Shown: piece after piece, positions 22,612-32,146 of the stretch
Layout: the number at the start of each line of letters is the position of its first letter
How positions within the stretch are numbered: the first letter of the stretch is position 1
NCBI GenBank assembly: GCA_963663275.1
Contig: OY760183.1
Span: 3,456,001-3,520,000 of the forward strand
Reading direction: 5' to 3'
Source: Chloroflexota bacterium
Lineage (GTDB): Bacteria > Chloroflexota > UBA11872 > VXOZ01
DNA: 64,000 nucleotides
Made by a program: the position numbers and the translations under genes
Notes under the pieces: model-generated
What the model was told of the DNA's origin: nothing
What the model saw: the letters and a program-made list of their open reading frames with translations, nothing else
Database searches by the model: none

Positions 22612-24664
22612 AATCGACGAGTATTGCGAAGAACTGTTTCAGGAGGTCCATACCCGGGCGGACGCCGATGGTTGGTTCGTTGAGGATGTGTTCTTCGATG
22701 TCCTCTCGGAAACACTGATCGACGCTGGAGAGATTGAAACGGCAGACCGTGCCCACTACGTCTCTCCGCGGGGTGTCCGGGTGGACGGGTATGGAGGAGA
22801 CCCCCTTGATTCAGAGGGAGTCCTCAGCCTGATCATCGCCGATTTCAATCAAAGCCAGGAGGCCGCCACATTGACGGCGACCGACATGAACGCAACCTTC
22901 CGACGCCTCCACAACTTTCTGGAGCGATCATTGAACCCCGATTTCAGGAACAGCTTGGAGGAGTCGGATTCTGCATTTGGATTGGCGGACCTTATTGCCA
23001 CTCGTTGGCCGAGTATCTCGAAAGTGCGGCTGTTCCTTATGAGCAACAGGGTGCTCAGTTCCAGGGTGGACGGGCGCGAGGCCGGTGAGTTTCAAGGCAT
23101 ACCCGTGACCTACAGCGTTTGGGACTTGGGACGTATCCATCGGTACGTCATGTCAGGACACGAGCGTGAAGACATCGCGGTTGTGATGGATGAGTTTGGA
23201 GGGCCGCTGGTGGTGTTGCCTGCACACACGGGAACGACAGATCACGAGTCGTACTTGGCGGTCGTCCCCGGGATTGAACTCGCCAGAATCTACGATCGCT
23301 GGGGAGCCCGGCTCCTTGAGCAGAATGTCCGCGTATTCTTACAGGCTCGTGGGAAAGTCAATCGAGGCATCCGGAACACTATCTCCAATGACCCTGAGAT
23401 GTTCTTCGCCTACAACAACGGCATCACGGCGACCGCCGAGAGCATTGAAACTGAGGAATCCCCATCCGGTCTTCTCCTTACCGGCCTGCGCAATTTCCAG
23501 ATTGTCAACGGGGGTCAGACTACCGCGTCCATACACGAGGCATTACGGAACAAGGAGGCGGACCTTAGCCGTGTCTTCGTTCAAATGAAGCTGTCCGTTG
23601 TCGAACCCCAGCGTGCGTTGCAGGTTGTCCCGAGGATATCCGAGTATGCGAATAGCCAGAACCGAGTGAGCGCAGCCGACTTCTTCTCCAACCATCCATT
23701 TCACGTTCGCATGGAAGAGTTCTCACGCAGGCTCCTCGCGCCATCAAGTGACGGGAGCTTTCGCCAGTCGAAGTGGTTCTACGAGCGTGCGCGGGGGCAG
23801 TACCAGGACGCCCGTGGGCACCGTACCGCTGCTGAGAGGGCAAGGTTTGATCTTGAGTACCCCAAGAGGCAGGTCTTCACCAAGACTGACCTCGCCAAGT
23901 TCCTCAATGCGTGGCGACAGAAACCGGACACCGTCAGCAAGGGCGCTCAGAAGAACTTCGCCGACTTTGCACAGTTCATCGGTGAGGAGTGGCGGCGACG
24001 GCCCAACGATTTTAACGAGATGTTCTTCAGAGAAGCAGTGGCCAAGGCGATTGTTTTCAGAGCGGTTGAACACCTCGTGGGAGAGCAGCCTTGGTACCAG
24101 GGAGGCTACCGTGCGAACGTTGTTGCCTACACCATCGCGAAGCTCGCCCATGATGTCACACAAGGGGAAGGATCCATCAACTTCGAGAGAATCTGGCGTG
24201 CACAGGAAGTCTCACCCGGACTTCGGGCCGCATTGGCGGTTGGAGCCGAGGCAGTCCATGAAGTAATCATCAATCCTCCAGAGCGCATGCGGAATGTGAC
24301 TGAGTGGGCAAAACAGCAGGCATGCTGGCACCGTGTGGAAAGTCTGGACGTGGCATGGCCTGCGTCCTTGTCAGCGGAGTTGCTTAGCGCAGGAGACCGA
24401 AGCGATGCCAAGCGCGCCGCAGTCAAGGATCAGCAGATGCTGAATGGCATAGACGCCCAGACAACGGTTGTGGAAGCAGGTCCTGAATTCTGGGGTAGTC
24501 TCAAGGAGTGGGGAGCGTCAAGAGGACTACTCTCGCCTGACGAGATGGGAATGCTCGATGTCGCCGCTTCTCGCGTTCCGTCCGAAAGGCAAAGCGTGAG
24601 AATCATTGAGACGCTCAGGCGGCTCAACGAGGAAGGATTCTCATCGGGAATCGAGTCAAGCTGA
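22601..24664 (+). CDS. AIPR family protein (MzaE-like)
   Basis: LLEQNVRVFL, FFAYNNGIT, QIVNGGQTT, WFYERARGQY. Confidence 0.93.
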   Translation: MPIEIDEYCEELFQEVHTRADADGWFVEDVFFDVLSETLIDAGEIETADRAHYVSPRGVRVDGYGGDPLDSEGVLSLIIADFNQSQEAATLTATDMNATFRRLHNFLERSLNPDFRNSLEESDSAFGLADLIATRWPSISKVRLFLMSNRVLSSRVDGREAGEFQGIPVTYSVWDLGRIHRYVMSGHEREDIAVVMDEFGGPLVVLPAHTGTTDHESYLAVVPGIELARIYDRWGARLLEQNVRVFLQARGKVNRGIRNTISNDPEMFFAYNNGITATAESIETEESPSGLLLTGLRNFQIVNGGQTTASIHEALRNKEADLSRVFVQMKLSVVEPQRALQVVPRISEYANSQNRVSAADFFSNHPFHVRMEEFSRRLLAPSSDGSFRQSKWFYERARGQYQDARGHRTAAERARFDLEYPKRQVFTKTDLAKFLNAWRQKPDTVSKGAQKNFADFAQFIGEEWRRRPNDFNEMFFREAVAKAIVFRAVEHLVGEQPWYQGGYRANVVAYTIAKLAHDVTQGEGSINFERIWRAQEVSPGLRAALAVGAEAVHEVIINPPERMRNVTEWAKQQACWHRVESLDVAWPASLSAELLSAGDRSDAKRAAVKDQQMLNGIDAQTTVVEAGPEFWGSLKEWGASRGLLSPDEMGMLDVAASRVPSERQSVRIIETLRRLNEEGFSSGIESS

Positions 24665-24675
24665 TCCCCCAACCA

Positions 24676-24893
24676 CTGACACCCGCCCCTATCGCCGTCG
24701 AGGGGCGGCCGCGTACGCTGGTTGCATGACCGTCGATCGTGCACGACCCATAGAGAGCGTCTATAGCTCGGGGTCCAGCTATAGACAGGACCTATGGCTC
24801 CGCGACTATACACACAGCTGCGGTGACGCCTTGACGCCTTACCCCCGGAAGCAGGCCACGGCCTTGTCGATAAAGGCGTCAAAATGACGCCTT
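24676..24893 (+). repeat. Island-edge element, full copy (TACGCT-N6-ATG, twin CYATAG-N7-CTATRG dyads, GGAAGCAGGCCRCGGCCTTG block, 4x TGACGCCTT)
   Basis: Reverse-complement match to 33121-33312 and 35102-35224. Confidence 0.85.
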
Positions 24894-24916
24894 GCGCACC
24901 TTGCTCGGAGTGCCCC

Positions 24917-26566
24917 CTAGAGCACGGCCATCATGTGGTGCTGGACGCGGTTGCCGCGCTGGACGCCCATCTTCATCACCTGCCGCGCCGGGCGGTCGTC
25001 CGGGTCCGGGAACATCGCGGCCCATGCGGCGTCGATGGCGGGCAGGTCGGCGTAGTCCTGGATGAGCAGCGTGATGAGGCCGACGTTGTCCATCGTGCCG
25101 CCGCCCGACTCCACGAGCGAGCGGATGTTGCGGATGCCGTGGCGCGCCTGCCCCTCGATGCCCTTCACCGGCTCCAGCTTGTCCGGCCCCGCCGTGTCGA
25201 CGCCGGAGACGCCGCCCGAGCAGAAGAGGTCGCCGATGCGCGCGCCCATCGGGATGGGGTCGTGGTGGCCGTGCCCCTCTATCTCGTGGTTCGTCCGCTC
25301 GCCGCCTATCCTGCCGATGACCTGCATCTGGATCTGCCCGCCCATGGGGTAGCGGTACGTCTTGCGCGCCGCCTGGTACCGGCCGATGGGCCACGCCTCC
25401 AGGTACACGTCCACCATGTACGGCTGGTAGGCGAAGTCGTTCAGGTACACCCACTGCAGCACCACGTCGTCCACCGTGCCGCCCGCGTGCTCCATGAACA
25501 CGCGCATGTTGTCGAAGCACTGGTCGGTCTGCGCGTCCTCGCCGGTGACCGGCAGCGAGGTCGAGAGGTCCCACGGCACGATGACGGACGAGAAGACGTA
25601 GTCGCCCATCCGCACGCCGTTCGGGAGCGGGTCGCGGTGCGTGAGCCCGGGCACCTCGATGCGCTGCCGCTTCTGCCCGGCGACGCCTATCGCGTGCAGC
25701 TCGACGCCCTCGCCGGGCGGCAGCGGGTAGGAGGTCGTCTTGCGCGCGGGCCGGTTGTCCGGGTCCGGGAACAGCTCCAGCCAGCCGGTGTTGATGTGGG
25801 GCCGGAAGTCCTGGCTGTCGATGAAGTTCGTGACGATGCCGATGTCGTCGGTCGAGAGCCCGGCGGACTCCACGAGCGTCCGGAGGTTCCGCCACGCGTT
25901 GAGGAACTGCTCCGCGGGATCGTCCGGCATCACGCCGGTCTCGAGGTCGATGCCGCGGATGCCGGAGGTGAAGAACATCCCGCCGACCTGCACCAGGTCA
26001 GGGGCGATGGCGTCCGGTACGCTGAGGCCGGGCAGGCGCGTCGCCGCGCGCTTGTTCGGCCTGCCGGGCGCGCCCTTGTCGCTCAGCGCGGGGCCGGGCG
26101 CGCTGCGGAACTGCGGACGGAGCGATGCGTCGGCCAGCCGGGCGTCGCCCGCGGGCTTGACCATCGCCTCGGCGCCCGCGAGCGCGAGCCGCTCGTCGCG
26201 GTCCTCGTCGCCGGCGCCGCTCACGCCGATGCCGCCGATGACCTCGCTCGCCCGGTGCAGCGTCAGCCCGCCGTGCAGCGTCGTGACGCCGTCGTTCGAC
26301 CAGTCGGCGACGGTGCGGCCGTCGTGCGCTATCTGCTGGCGGTAGATGAGCGTGTCGCGCCCGATGAAGGCGGCGGTGTACGCCTTGCGCTCGGCGTTCC
26401 GCACGTCGGTCGCGGACGCGCCGTCGCGGCGCACGGAGTAGACGAGCGCGCCGCTCTCGTCCACGACCGCCAGGGCGAACGGGCGCTCGTCGGGCCGCGC
26501 CGCGGCCATCGCCGCTGCTATCGCGCGCTCGGCGTCTTCCAGGCTGATCGTCTCGCGTGCGGGCAT
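24917..26566 (-). CDS. GlcG/HbpS heme-binding domain fused to three RidA/YjgF domains
   Basis: N-terminal KAYTAA and IGGIGVSG; three repeats ending RPARK, QAARK, RPARQ. Confidence 0.85.
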   Translation of the reverse strand: MPARETISLEDAERAIAAAMAAARPDERPFALAVVDESGALVYSVRRDGASATDVRNAERKAYTAAFIGRDTLIYRQQIAHDGRTVADWSNDGVTTLHGGLTLHRASEVIGGIGVSGAGDEDRDERLALAGAEAMVKPAGDARLADASLRPQFRSAPGPALSDKGAPGRPNKRAATRLPGLSVPDAIAPDLVQVGGMFFTSGIRGIDLETGVMPDDPAEQFLNAWRNLRTLVESAGLSTDDIGIVTNFIDSQDFRPHINTGWLELFPDPDNRPARKTTSYPLPPGEGVELHAIGVAGQKRQRIEVPGLTHRDPLPNGVRMGDYVFSSVIVPWDLSTSLPVTGEDAQTDQCFDNMRVFMEHAGGTVDDVVLQWVYLNDFAYQPYMVDVYLEAWPIGRYQAARKTYRYPMGGQIQMQVIGRIGGERTNHEIEGHGHHDPIPMGARIGDLFCSGGVSGVDTAGPDKLEPVKGIEGQARHGIRNIRSLVESGGGTMDNVGLITLLIQDYADLPAIDAAWAAMFPDPDDRPARQVMKMGVQRGNRVQHHMMAVL

Positions 26567-26569
26567 GTC

Positions 26570-26857
26570 TCAGACTCCTTCCACCGCGATCACGGAGGCC
26601 GTCGCGGCCTCCCAGCGGATCCCCACGATGCCCTGGTACGCGCCGGAGTTGTACCAGGCCTGCAGCGTCTCCATGTCCGGGAACTCCAGCACGACGACGC
26701 GCTTCGGCTGCCACCCGCCCTCGAGCACCTCGCTCGCGCCGCCGCGGACGACGAACCGCCCGCCGAACGGCTCCAGCGTCGCGGGCACCTGCGCGCCGTA
26801 CCCCGCGTACGAGTCGGGGTCGTGCACGTCGACGTCGGCTATCAGGTACGCGGGCAT
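26570..26857 (-). CDS. DUF1330 protein
   Basis: GGRFVVRGG...VVLEFPD...WYNSGAYQ. Confidence 0.9.
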   Translation of the reverse strand: MPAYLIADVDVHDPDSYAGYGAQVPATLEPFGGRFVVRGGASEVLEGGWQPKRVVVLEFPDMETLQAWYNSGAYQGIVGIRWEAATASVIAVEGV

Positions 26858-27276
26858 CACTTCACCCCCATCGCTTCGAGGCCGATGCGCGCCAGCGCCT
26901 CGTCCCGTATCGTCGAGTTGCCGCTCATCGCTATCCCGCCGACGACCTGCCCGCCGGAGACGATGGCGAGCCCGCCCTGGAGCGTCGTCAGCTTCGGGTC
27001 GCCCCAGTCGTCGAGCGTCCGCCGGTTCGCCTTCACGACGTGGTCGCGGAAGTCGACGGTGTTCATGCCGATGCGCGCGGCGGTGTACGCCTTCGCCCGG
27101 GCGCGCCCCAGCATCCGCGCCGGCGCGCCGTCGACGCGGGCGCAGAGCACCTCCGCGCCGTGGGCGTCCGTGATGCAGAGCGCGCCGGGATTGTCCGTGC
27201 CGTCGGCGAACTCGGCGAATATCGCCTCCTTCGCCTTCAGGGCCTCCTCGAGGCCGATGCTCTTCGTCTCGAACAT
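26857..27276 (-). CDS. GlcG/HbpS heme-binding protein
   Basis: KAYTAA, GGLAI...VVGGIAMSG. Confidence 0.88.
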   Translation of the reverse strand: MFETKSIGLEEALKAKEAIFAEFADGTDNPGALCITDAHGAEVLCARVDGAPARMLGRARAKAYTAARIGMNTVDFRDHVVKANRRTLDDWGDPKLTTLQGGLAIVSGGQVVGGIAMSGNSTIRDEALARIGLEAMGVK

Positions 27277-27279
27277 GGC

Positions 27280-28050
27280 TTACATCTCCCGCAGCAGCCG
27301 GCCGAAGCCGGGTATCTTGTCGTCCACTCCGGCGAGGCGCAGCGACTGCCACGCCATCGCCTGCATGCTGCTCACGACCGGCACGCCGAACTCCTGCTCC
27401 AGCGTCTCGACGACGGCGACGCTCGGCATGAGCGCGCCCGTGATCCAGACGCCGTCGGCGTTGGGCGTCGCGCGGAACAGGTCCGCCGCCATCCGCCGCA
27501 CGATGCCGAGGTCCATCGTGGAGACCTCGTACGCGCGCAGCTCGCCGCCCGCCACCTCGCCGACCACCGAGCCCGCGTTCGCGACCTCGATGTCCGCGTT
27601 CGAGACGTACTCCGCGAGCTGCGCGTGCGTCTTGTCGTCGAACGGCGTCAGCATCGCCACTCGGCGCATGCCGAGCGCGTTCATCGCCTTGATGCACGAG
27701 CCGAGGTCGGTCGCCGCGGGCGTGTCGGTGACGCTGCCGATGCGGGCCAGGATCTCGTCCTCGAACTTCCAGCCGCGCCCGGCGATGATGGGCACGCCCG
27801 CCTGCATGATCGACTGCGGGCGGCGGGTCATGATCTCCTCGGTCGCCGCCGGCAGGCGCTCGATGCCCGCCGCGTACGACCGCTCGCCCTCCGAGAGGAC
27901 GACGCCGAGCGAGGTCATGACGATGGTCACGCCCTCCGGCGCGATGAGGTAGAACTCGTACGAGTTGTTCTCGTGCGCGGGCGACGGGGTGATGAACCCG
28001 CACCGTGCGCGCCAGCCGTAGGGGCGGTCTGCGGTCGCGTTCAGCGCCAT
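27280..28050 (-). CDS. Maleate isomerase/arylmalonate decarboxylase-like (Asp/Glu racemase superfamily) protein
   Basis: GWRARCGFITPS, LGMRRVAMLTPF, LEQEFGVPVVSS, PGFGRLL. Confidence 0.8.
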   Translation of the reverse strand: MALNATADRPYGWRARCGFITPSPAHENNSYEFYLIAPEGVTIVMTSLGVVLSEGERSYAAGIERLPAATEEIMTRRPQSIMQAGVPIIAGRGWKFEDEILARIGSVTDTPAATDLGSCIKAMNALGMRRVAMLTPFDDKTHAQLAEYVSNADIEVANAGSVVGEVAGGELRAYEVSTMDLGIVRRMAADLFRATPNADGVWITGALMPSVAVVETLEQEFGVPVVSSMQAMAWQSLRLAGVDDKIPGFGRLLREM

Positions 28051-28105
28051 GCGTCCTTCTCCTCTACCGGGGTGGGCGCAGTCTACCCCCGCGTGGGGTG
28101 CAGGG

Positions 28106-28741
28106 CTAGCCGCGGCGCTTGCGCAGCTCCGCCCAGACGTCGTCCGGCGAGAGGCCGGCGTCGGCGAGCAGCACGAGCGCGTGGTAGAAGAGGTCGGCGA
28201 CCTCGCCGGGGAGGCTCCCGGTGTCCTGCGTCGCCGCGGAGAGCGCGACCTCCACGCCCTCCTCGCCCACCTTCTGCGCCATGCGCGCCGTGCCGCTCTC
28301 GAACAGCGACGTGGTGTAGCTGCCCTCCGGGCGCTCCTGCTGTCGCTGGCGTATGACCTGGAAGACCTCCGAGAGCACGCCGGGCCCCGCGTCGCTGCGC
28401 TCGTACTCCGGCGAGTCCGGGAGCGTCGTGAAGAAGCACGAGCGCTTGCCGGTGTGGCACGCCGGGCCGTCCGCCCGCACCTGGAACAGCAGCACGTCGC
28501 CATCGCAGTCGACCTGCGCCGACGAGACGTGCAGGAACGCGCCGGACGTCGCGCCCTTGTGCCAGGGCGCCTGGCGCGAGCGGCTGTAGAAGTGCATCTC
28601 GCCCGACTCCAGCGTGCGCGCGACCGCGTCCGGGTTCATGTACGCGACCATCAGCACCTCGCCGGTGGCCTCGTCCTGGCATATCGCCGGCACGAGCCCC
28701 TGGGCGTCCAGCTGTATCCGTGGGTTGTCTGCGGTCGTCAT
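28106..28741 (-). CDS. hisIE: Bifunctional phosphoribosyl-AMP cyclohydrolase/phosphoribosyl-ATP diphosphatase
   Basis: DCDGD, ACHTG, SYTTSLF, QKVGEEGVE. Confidence 0.95.
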   Translation of the reverse strand: MTTADNPRIQLDAQGLVPAICQDEATGEVLMVAYMNPDAVARTLESGEMHFYSRSRQAPWHKGATSGAFLHVSSAQVDCDGDVLLFQVRADGPACHTGKRSCFFTTLPDSPEYERSDAGPGVLSEVFQVIRQRQQERPEGSYTTSLFESGTARMAQKVGEEGVEVALSAATQDTGSLPGEVADLFYHALVLLADAGLSPDDVWAELRKRRG

Positions 28742-28767
28742 CGGGTCCCTCCCGCGTTCGCGGCGCG

Positions 28768-29508
28768 TCAGTCCAGCAGCGCCGGGATCTCGGACAGATC
28801 GCTCACGACGTGGTCCGGCGGCAGCAGCGCGCCGTTCTCCGGCGGCGGCGTGCGCCCCGGCGTGTCCTGCGTTCGTTGCACGAGCACGGTCTGCATGCCG
28901 GCCAGCTTCGCCCCGTGCGCGTCGTCGTACGGCGAGTCGCCCACGTAGAGCACCGCTTCCGGCGCGACGTCCATCTCCCGGAGGAAGCGGGCGAAGATGC
29001 GCGGGTCCGGCTTGTAGGCGCACGCCTCCTCCGACGAGAGGACGTAGGAGAAGCAGTCCCAGCCGTTGTGCGCGATCGTCCCGTGCAGGAAGCGGTCGTC
29101 CGCGTTGGAGAGCACGGCGAGCGTGCGCGTCCTCCCCAGCGCTTCGAGCGCGTCGTTCGTCTCGGGGAAGGCGTCCCTGGCGGCGAGCGCGGTCACGCTG
29201 TCGGACGCGGCCTGCTCCGCGTCGCCGGTCAGCCCCATCGCCTCGAACGTCTGCGCGAAGGCGTCGCGCCACGCTTCCCAGTACGTCCTGAACGGCGGGC
29301 TCGACTCGGGGTCGGCCATGTTCGTGCGCGTCTTGCGGAACTGCACGTCGCGGATGGCCCACTCCTTCCAGAACGCGAGGGCGTCCACGGGCAGGCGTTG
29401 CCCGTCCACGATCGCCTTGTGCGCCATCTGCCATTCCGCCGTGTCGTTCTTCACGAGCGTGCTGAACATGTCGAAGGCGACGATTTCGATGTTGCGGAGG
29501 TCCGTCAT
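28768..29508 (-). CDS. HAD family hydrolase (haloacid dehalogenase-like)
   Basis: FDMFSTL, LSNAD, YKPDP, VGDS..DD. Confidence 0.88.
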   Translation of the reverse strand: MTDLRNIEIVAFDMFSTLVKNDTAEWQMAHKAIVDGQRLPVDALAFWKEWAIRDVQFRKTRTNMADPESSPPFRTYWEAWRDAFAQTFEAMGLTGDAEQAASDSVTALAARDAFPETNDALEALGRTRTLAVLSNADDRFLHGTIAHNGWDCFSYVLSSEEACAYKPDPRIFARFLREMDVAPEAVLYVGDSPYDDAHGAKLAGMQTVLVQRTQDTPGRTPPPENGALLPPDHVVSDLSEIPALLD

Positions 29509-29512
29509 CGCC

Positions 29513-30352
29513 TCAGTGGACCTCGCGCGTGGGGATGCCCTGCGCCGCCAGCGAACGCTTCACGTCCGCGATGACGTGCCGGCCGTAGTGGAAGATGGAC
29601 GCTGCGAGCGCCGCGTCGGCGTGGCCGTCGGTCACCGCCTGCGCGAGATGCTCGATGCAGCCCGCGCCGCCGCTCGCGATGACGGGGACGGGGACGGCGT
29701 CGGCCACCGCGCGGGTGAGCTCGAGGTCGTAGCCGTCCTGGTGGCCGTCGGCGTCCATGCTCGTCAGCAGCACCTCGCCCGCGCCGAGCTCGGCCGTATA
29801 CTCCGCCCAGCGCACCGCGTCGATGCCCGTCGGCGTGCGTCCGCCGTGGATGTACACCTCCCACTGCGACTCCGGGCCAACGGCGAGCGCTCCCTTGCCG
29901 GGGTGCCCGTCCGCGAGCAGCGACGGGTCCGCCGCCGGACTGTCCGGCGCGATGCGGCGAGCGTCGATCGCGATGACGAGGCACTGGTTGCCGAACGCCG
30001 CAGTCGCCGCCGCGAACGCGTCGGGGTTCAGCACCGCCGCGGTGTTCATCGACACCTTGTCGGCGCCCGCGTTCAGCAGCTTCCGCACGTCCTCGACGGT
30101 GCGCACGCCCCCGCCGACCGTCAGCGGGATGAACACCTGCTCCGATACGTGCTCGACCACGTCGATGATCGTGTCGCGCCCGTCCGAGCTGGCGGTGATG
30201 TCGAGGAAGACGAGTTCGTCCGCGCCCTCGCGGTCGTAGAAGGCCGCGAGCTCGACCGGGTCTCCGGCGTCGCGCAGGTTGACGAACGACGCGCCCTTGA
30301 CGACGCGCCCGCCGGTGACGTCGAGGCACGGGATGATGCGCTTGGTGAGCAT
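29513..30352 (-). CDS. hisF: Imidazole glycerol phosphate synthase cyclase subunit
   Basis: [38 protein letters not shown]. Confidence 0.97.
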   Translation of the reverse strand: MLTKRIIPCLDVTGGRVVKGASFVNLRDAGDPVELAAFYDREGADELVFLDITASSDGRDTIIDVVEHVSEQVFIPLTVGGGVRTVEDVRKLLNAGADKVSMNTAAVLNPDAFAAATAAFGNQCLVIAIDARRIAPDSPAADPSLLADGHPGKGALAVGPESQWEVYIHGGRTPTGIDAVRWAEYTAELGAGEVLLTSMDADGHQDGYDLELTRAVADAVPVPVIASGGAGCIEHLAQAVTDGHADAALAASIFHYGRHVIADVKRSLAAQGIPTREVH

Positions 30353-30394
30353 AGTCCTAACAGGATAACGGACGCGCCCCGAGAGCGGAGCGGC

Positions 30395-31033
30395 TTACGC
30401 TGTCCACTGCACGTTGCCGTGCAGGTCCGCGGGCTGCGGCTTGCTCTTGAAGACGGCGAACTCCGCCTTCGACGCCGCGAGGGTCGTGTCTGCGCCGTGG
30501 CCGGGCAGCACGAGCGAGCCGTCGGGCAGCGTGAGCAGCCGTTCCTCGATGCTCTGTACGACCTGCCGGAGGTCGTCCGGCGTGTTCGTGCGCCCGGGGC
30601 CGCCGGGGAAGAGCGTGTCGCCGGAGACGAGCGTGCCGTCGGCGAAGAGGCAGACCGCGCCGGGCGTGTGCCCCGGCGTGTGCAGGATGCGGATGCGCGT
30701 CGCGCCGACGTGCAGTTCGTCGTTGTGGGCGAGCAGCGCGTCCGGCTCGCCGGGCAGCCTGCGGGCGTCGCTCTCGTGCACCGAGACGGGGAGGTCGGTG
30801 AGCCGCTTGAGGTCGGCGTAGCCCGCGACGTGGTCCGGGTGCGTGTGCGTGACGACGACGCCCTTCACCTGGAAGCCGTCCGCCTCGCTCAACAGCCGCT
30901 CGACCTCCGCCGGCGCGTCGACGAGGTACGCCTCCTTCGTGGCCGGGTCGGCGATGACGTAGCCGTTGTTGTCGTACGGCCCCATGCCGGCGACCTTGAA
31001 CACGAGATGCGGGCCATCGTAGACGAGCGTCAT
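30395..31033 (-). CDS. MBL-fold metallo-hydrolase (glyoxalase II-like)
   Basis: THTHPDH, HTPGHTPG, SGDTLF, LPGHG. Confidence 0.92.
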   Translation of the reverse strand: MTLVYDGPHLVFKVAGMGPYDNNGYVIADPATKEAYLVDAPAEVERLLSEADGFQVKGVVVTHTHPDHVAGYADLKRLTDLPVSVHESDARRLPGEPDALLAHNDELHVGATRIRILHTPGHTPGAVCLFADGTLVSGDTLFPGGPGRTNTPDDLRQVVQSIEERLLTLPDGSLVLPGHGADTTLAASKAEFAVFKSKPQPADLHGNVQWTA

Positions 31034-31055
31034 GCGCTGCTCCTCCGTAAACTTC

Positions 31056-32060
31056 CTACCGCAGCGCCGGCAGCACCTCTGCGGCGGCGAGGCGTATCGC
31101 GCCCTCGACGACCTCGCGCGGCGTGCCCGGCCACCCGAAGCGCAGCGACGCGTGCGTAACGCCCACGTCCGCGAAGCGCTGGAGGTCGGCGGTGACGTCG
31201 TCCGGGCTCCCGACGATGAAGCGCCCCGCGGCCAACTCCTCGAACGGCGCGGTGAAGTCCTCCTCGCCGGGGAGCGCCTTGTCCTGACCCCACGCGGCGT
31301 ACGCCTTGTACTTGCCTTCGAGGAACGGGCGCGCCGTCGCGATCGCCTCCTCACGTGTTGGCGCGACGAACGTCTCGCGCGACATCGGCAGCGTGTCGAC
31401 GGGCGGGTGGCCGTGCTCGGCGCGCACTGTCTTGTACAGCTCCACCTGCCGCGCCAGCGTGTCGAACGGCGCGTGCGGGTTCAGGTACCACGTCTCGCCG
31501 TTGCGGGCGATGCGGCGCACCATGCCGTCGCCGTTCGCGGCGATCCAGATGCGCGGGTGCGGCTGCTGGATGGGGCGTATGCCGAGGTGCACGCCGGTGA
31601 CCTTCGTGAAGCGGCCCTCGAACGTCACCTCGCCGCCGGCCCAGAGCTGCTTGGCGAGGCGCAGGTTCTCGAACATCCGCGCGATGCGGTCCTCGTGCGT
31701 GACGCCGAACGCCTCGTACTCCTCGTCGCGGTAGCCGAGCGCGGCGTTGACGATGACGCGCCCGTTCGTGAGCACGTCGAGCGTTGCGACGTCCTCGGCC
31801 ATCTGCACGGGGTTCTGCAGCGGAATGAGGACGGTCGAGAGCATGTCCATGTCGCCGGTCTCGGCGCTGATGCGGGCGAGCGCGATGAGCGGCTGCAGCA
31901 TCTGGAACGGGTGCGAGAGGTAGTGCTGCCCGGCGTAGATGTAGTCGAAGCCGAGTTCGCGCCCGACGCGCACGAGGTGGAGCACGTCGGCGAAGCGCTG
32001 CACCATGTCGCCGTCGCCGGAGTGCTGGAGGAGGCCGGAGAGGGAGAGGCCGAACTTCAT
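31056..32060 (-). CDS. LLM class flavin-dependent oxidoreductase
   Basis: MKFGL, NPVQMAEDVATLDVLTNGR, PIQQPHPRIWIA. Confidence 0.92.
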   Translation of the reverse strand: MKFGLSLSGLLQHSGDGDMVQRFADVLHLVRVGRELGFDYIYAGQHYLSHPFQMLQPLIALARISAETGDMDMLSTVLIPLQNPVQMAEDVATLDVLTNGRVIVNAALGYRDEEYEAFGVTHEDRIARMFENLRLAKQLWAGGEVTFEGRFTKVTGVHLGIRPIQQPHPRIWIAANGDGMVRRIARNGETWYLNPHAPFDTLARQVELYKTVRAEHGHPPVDTLPMSRETFVAPTREEAIATARPFLEGKYKAYAAWGQDKALPGEEDFTAPFEELAAGRFIVGSPDDVTADLQRFADVGVTHASLRFGWPGTPREVVEGAIRLAAAEVLPALR

Positions 32061-32146
32061 GCGGCTAATCCTAGCGCATGCGCCCGAGCGACGCCCGCTC
32101 CCGCTGCTATCATTCCCCGCGCACCCCAGGACGGAGGACGAGACCG

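Noticed and set aside
24726-24887. Conserved small protein MTVxR...IESVYSS encoded by the island-edge element
   Set aside because: Frame broken in the 35 kb copy and shifted relative to the shared distal block in the 33 kb copy; conservation looks nucleotide-level
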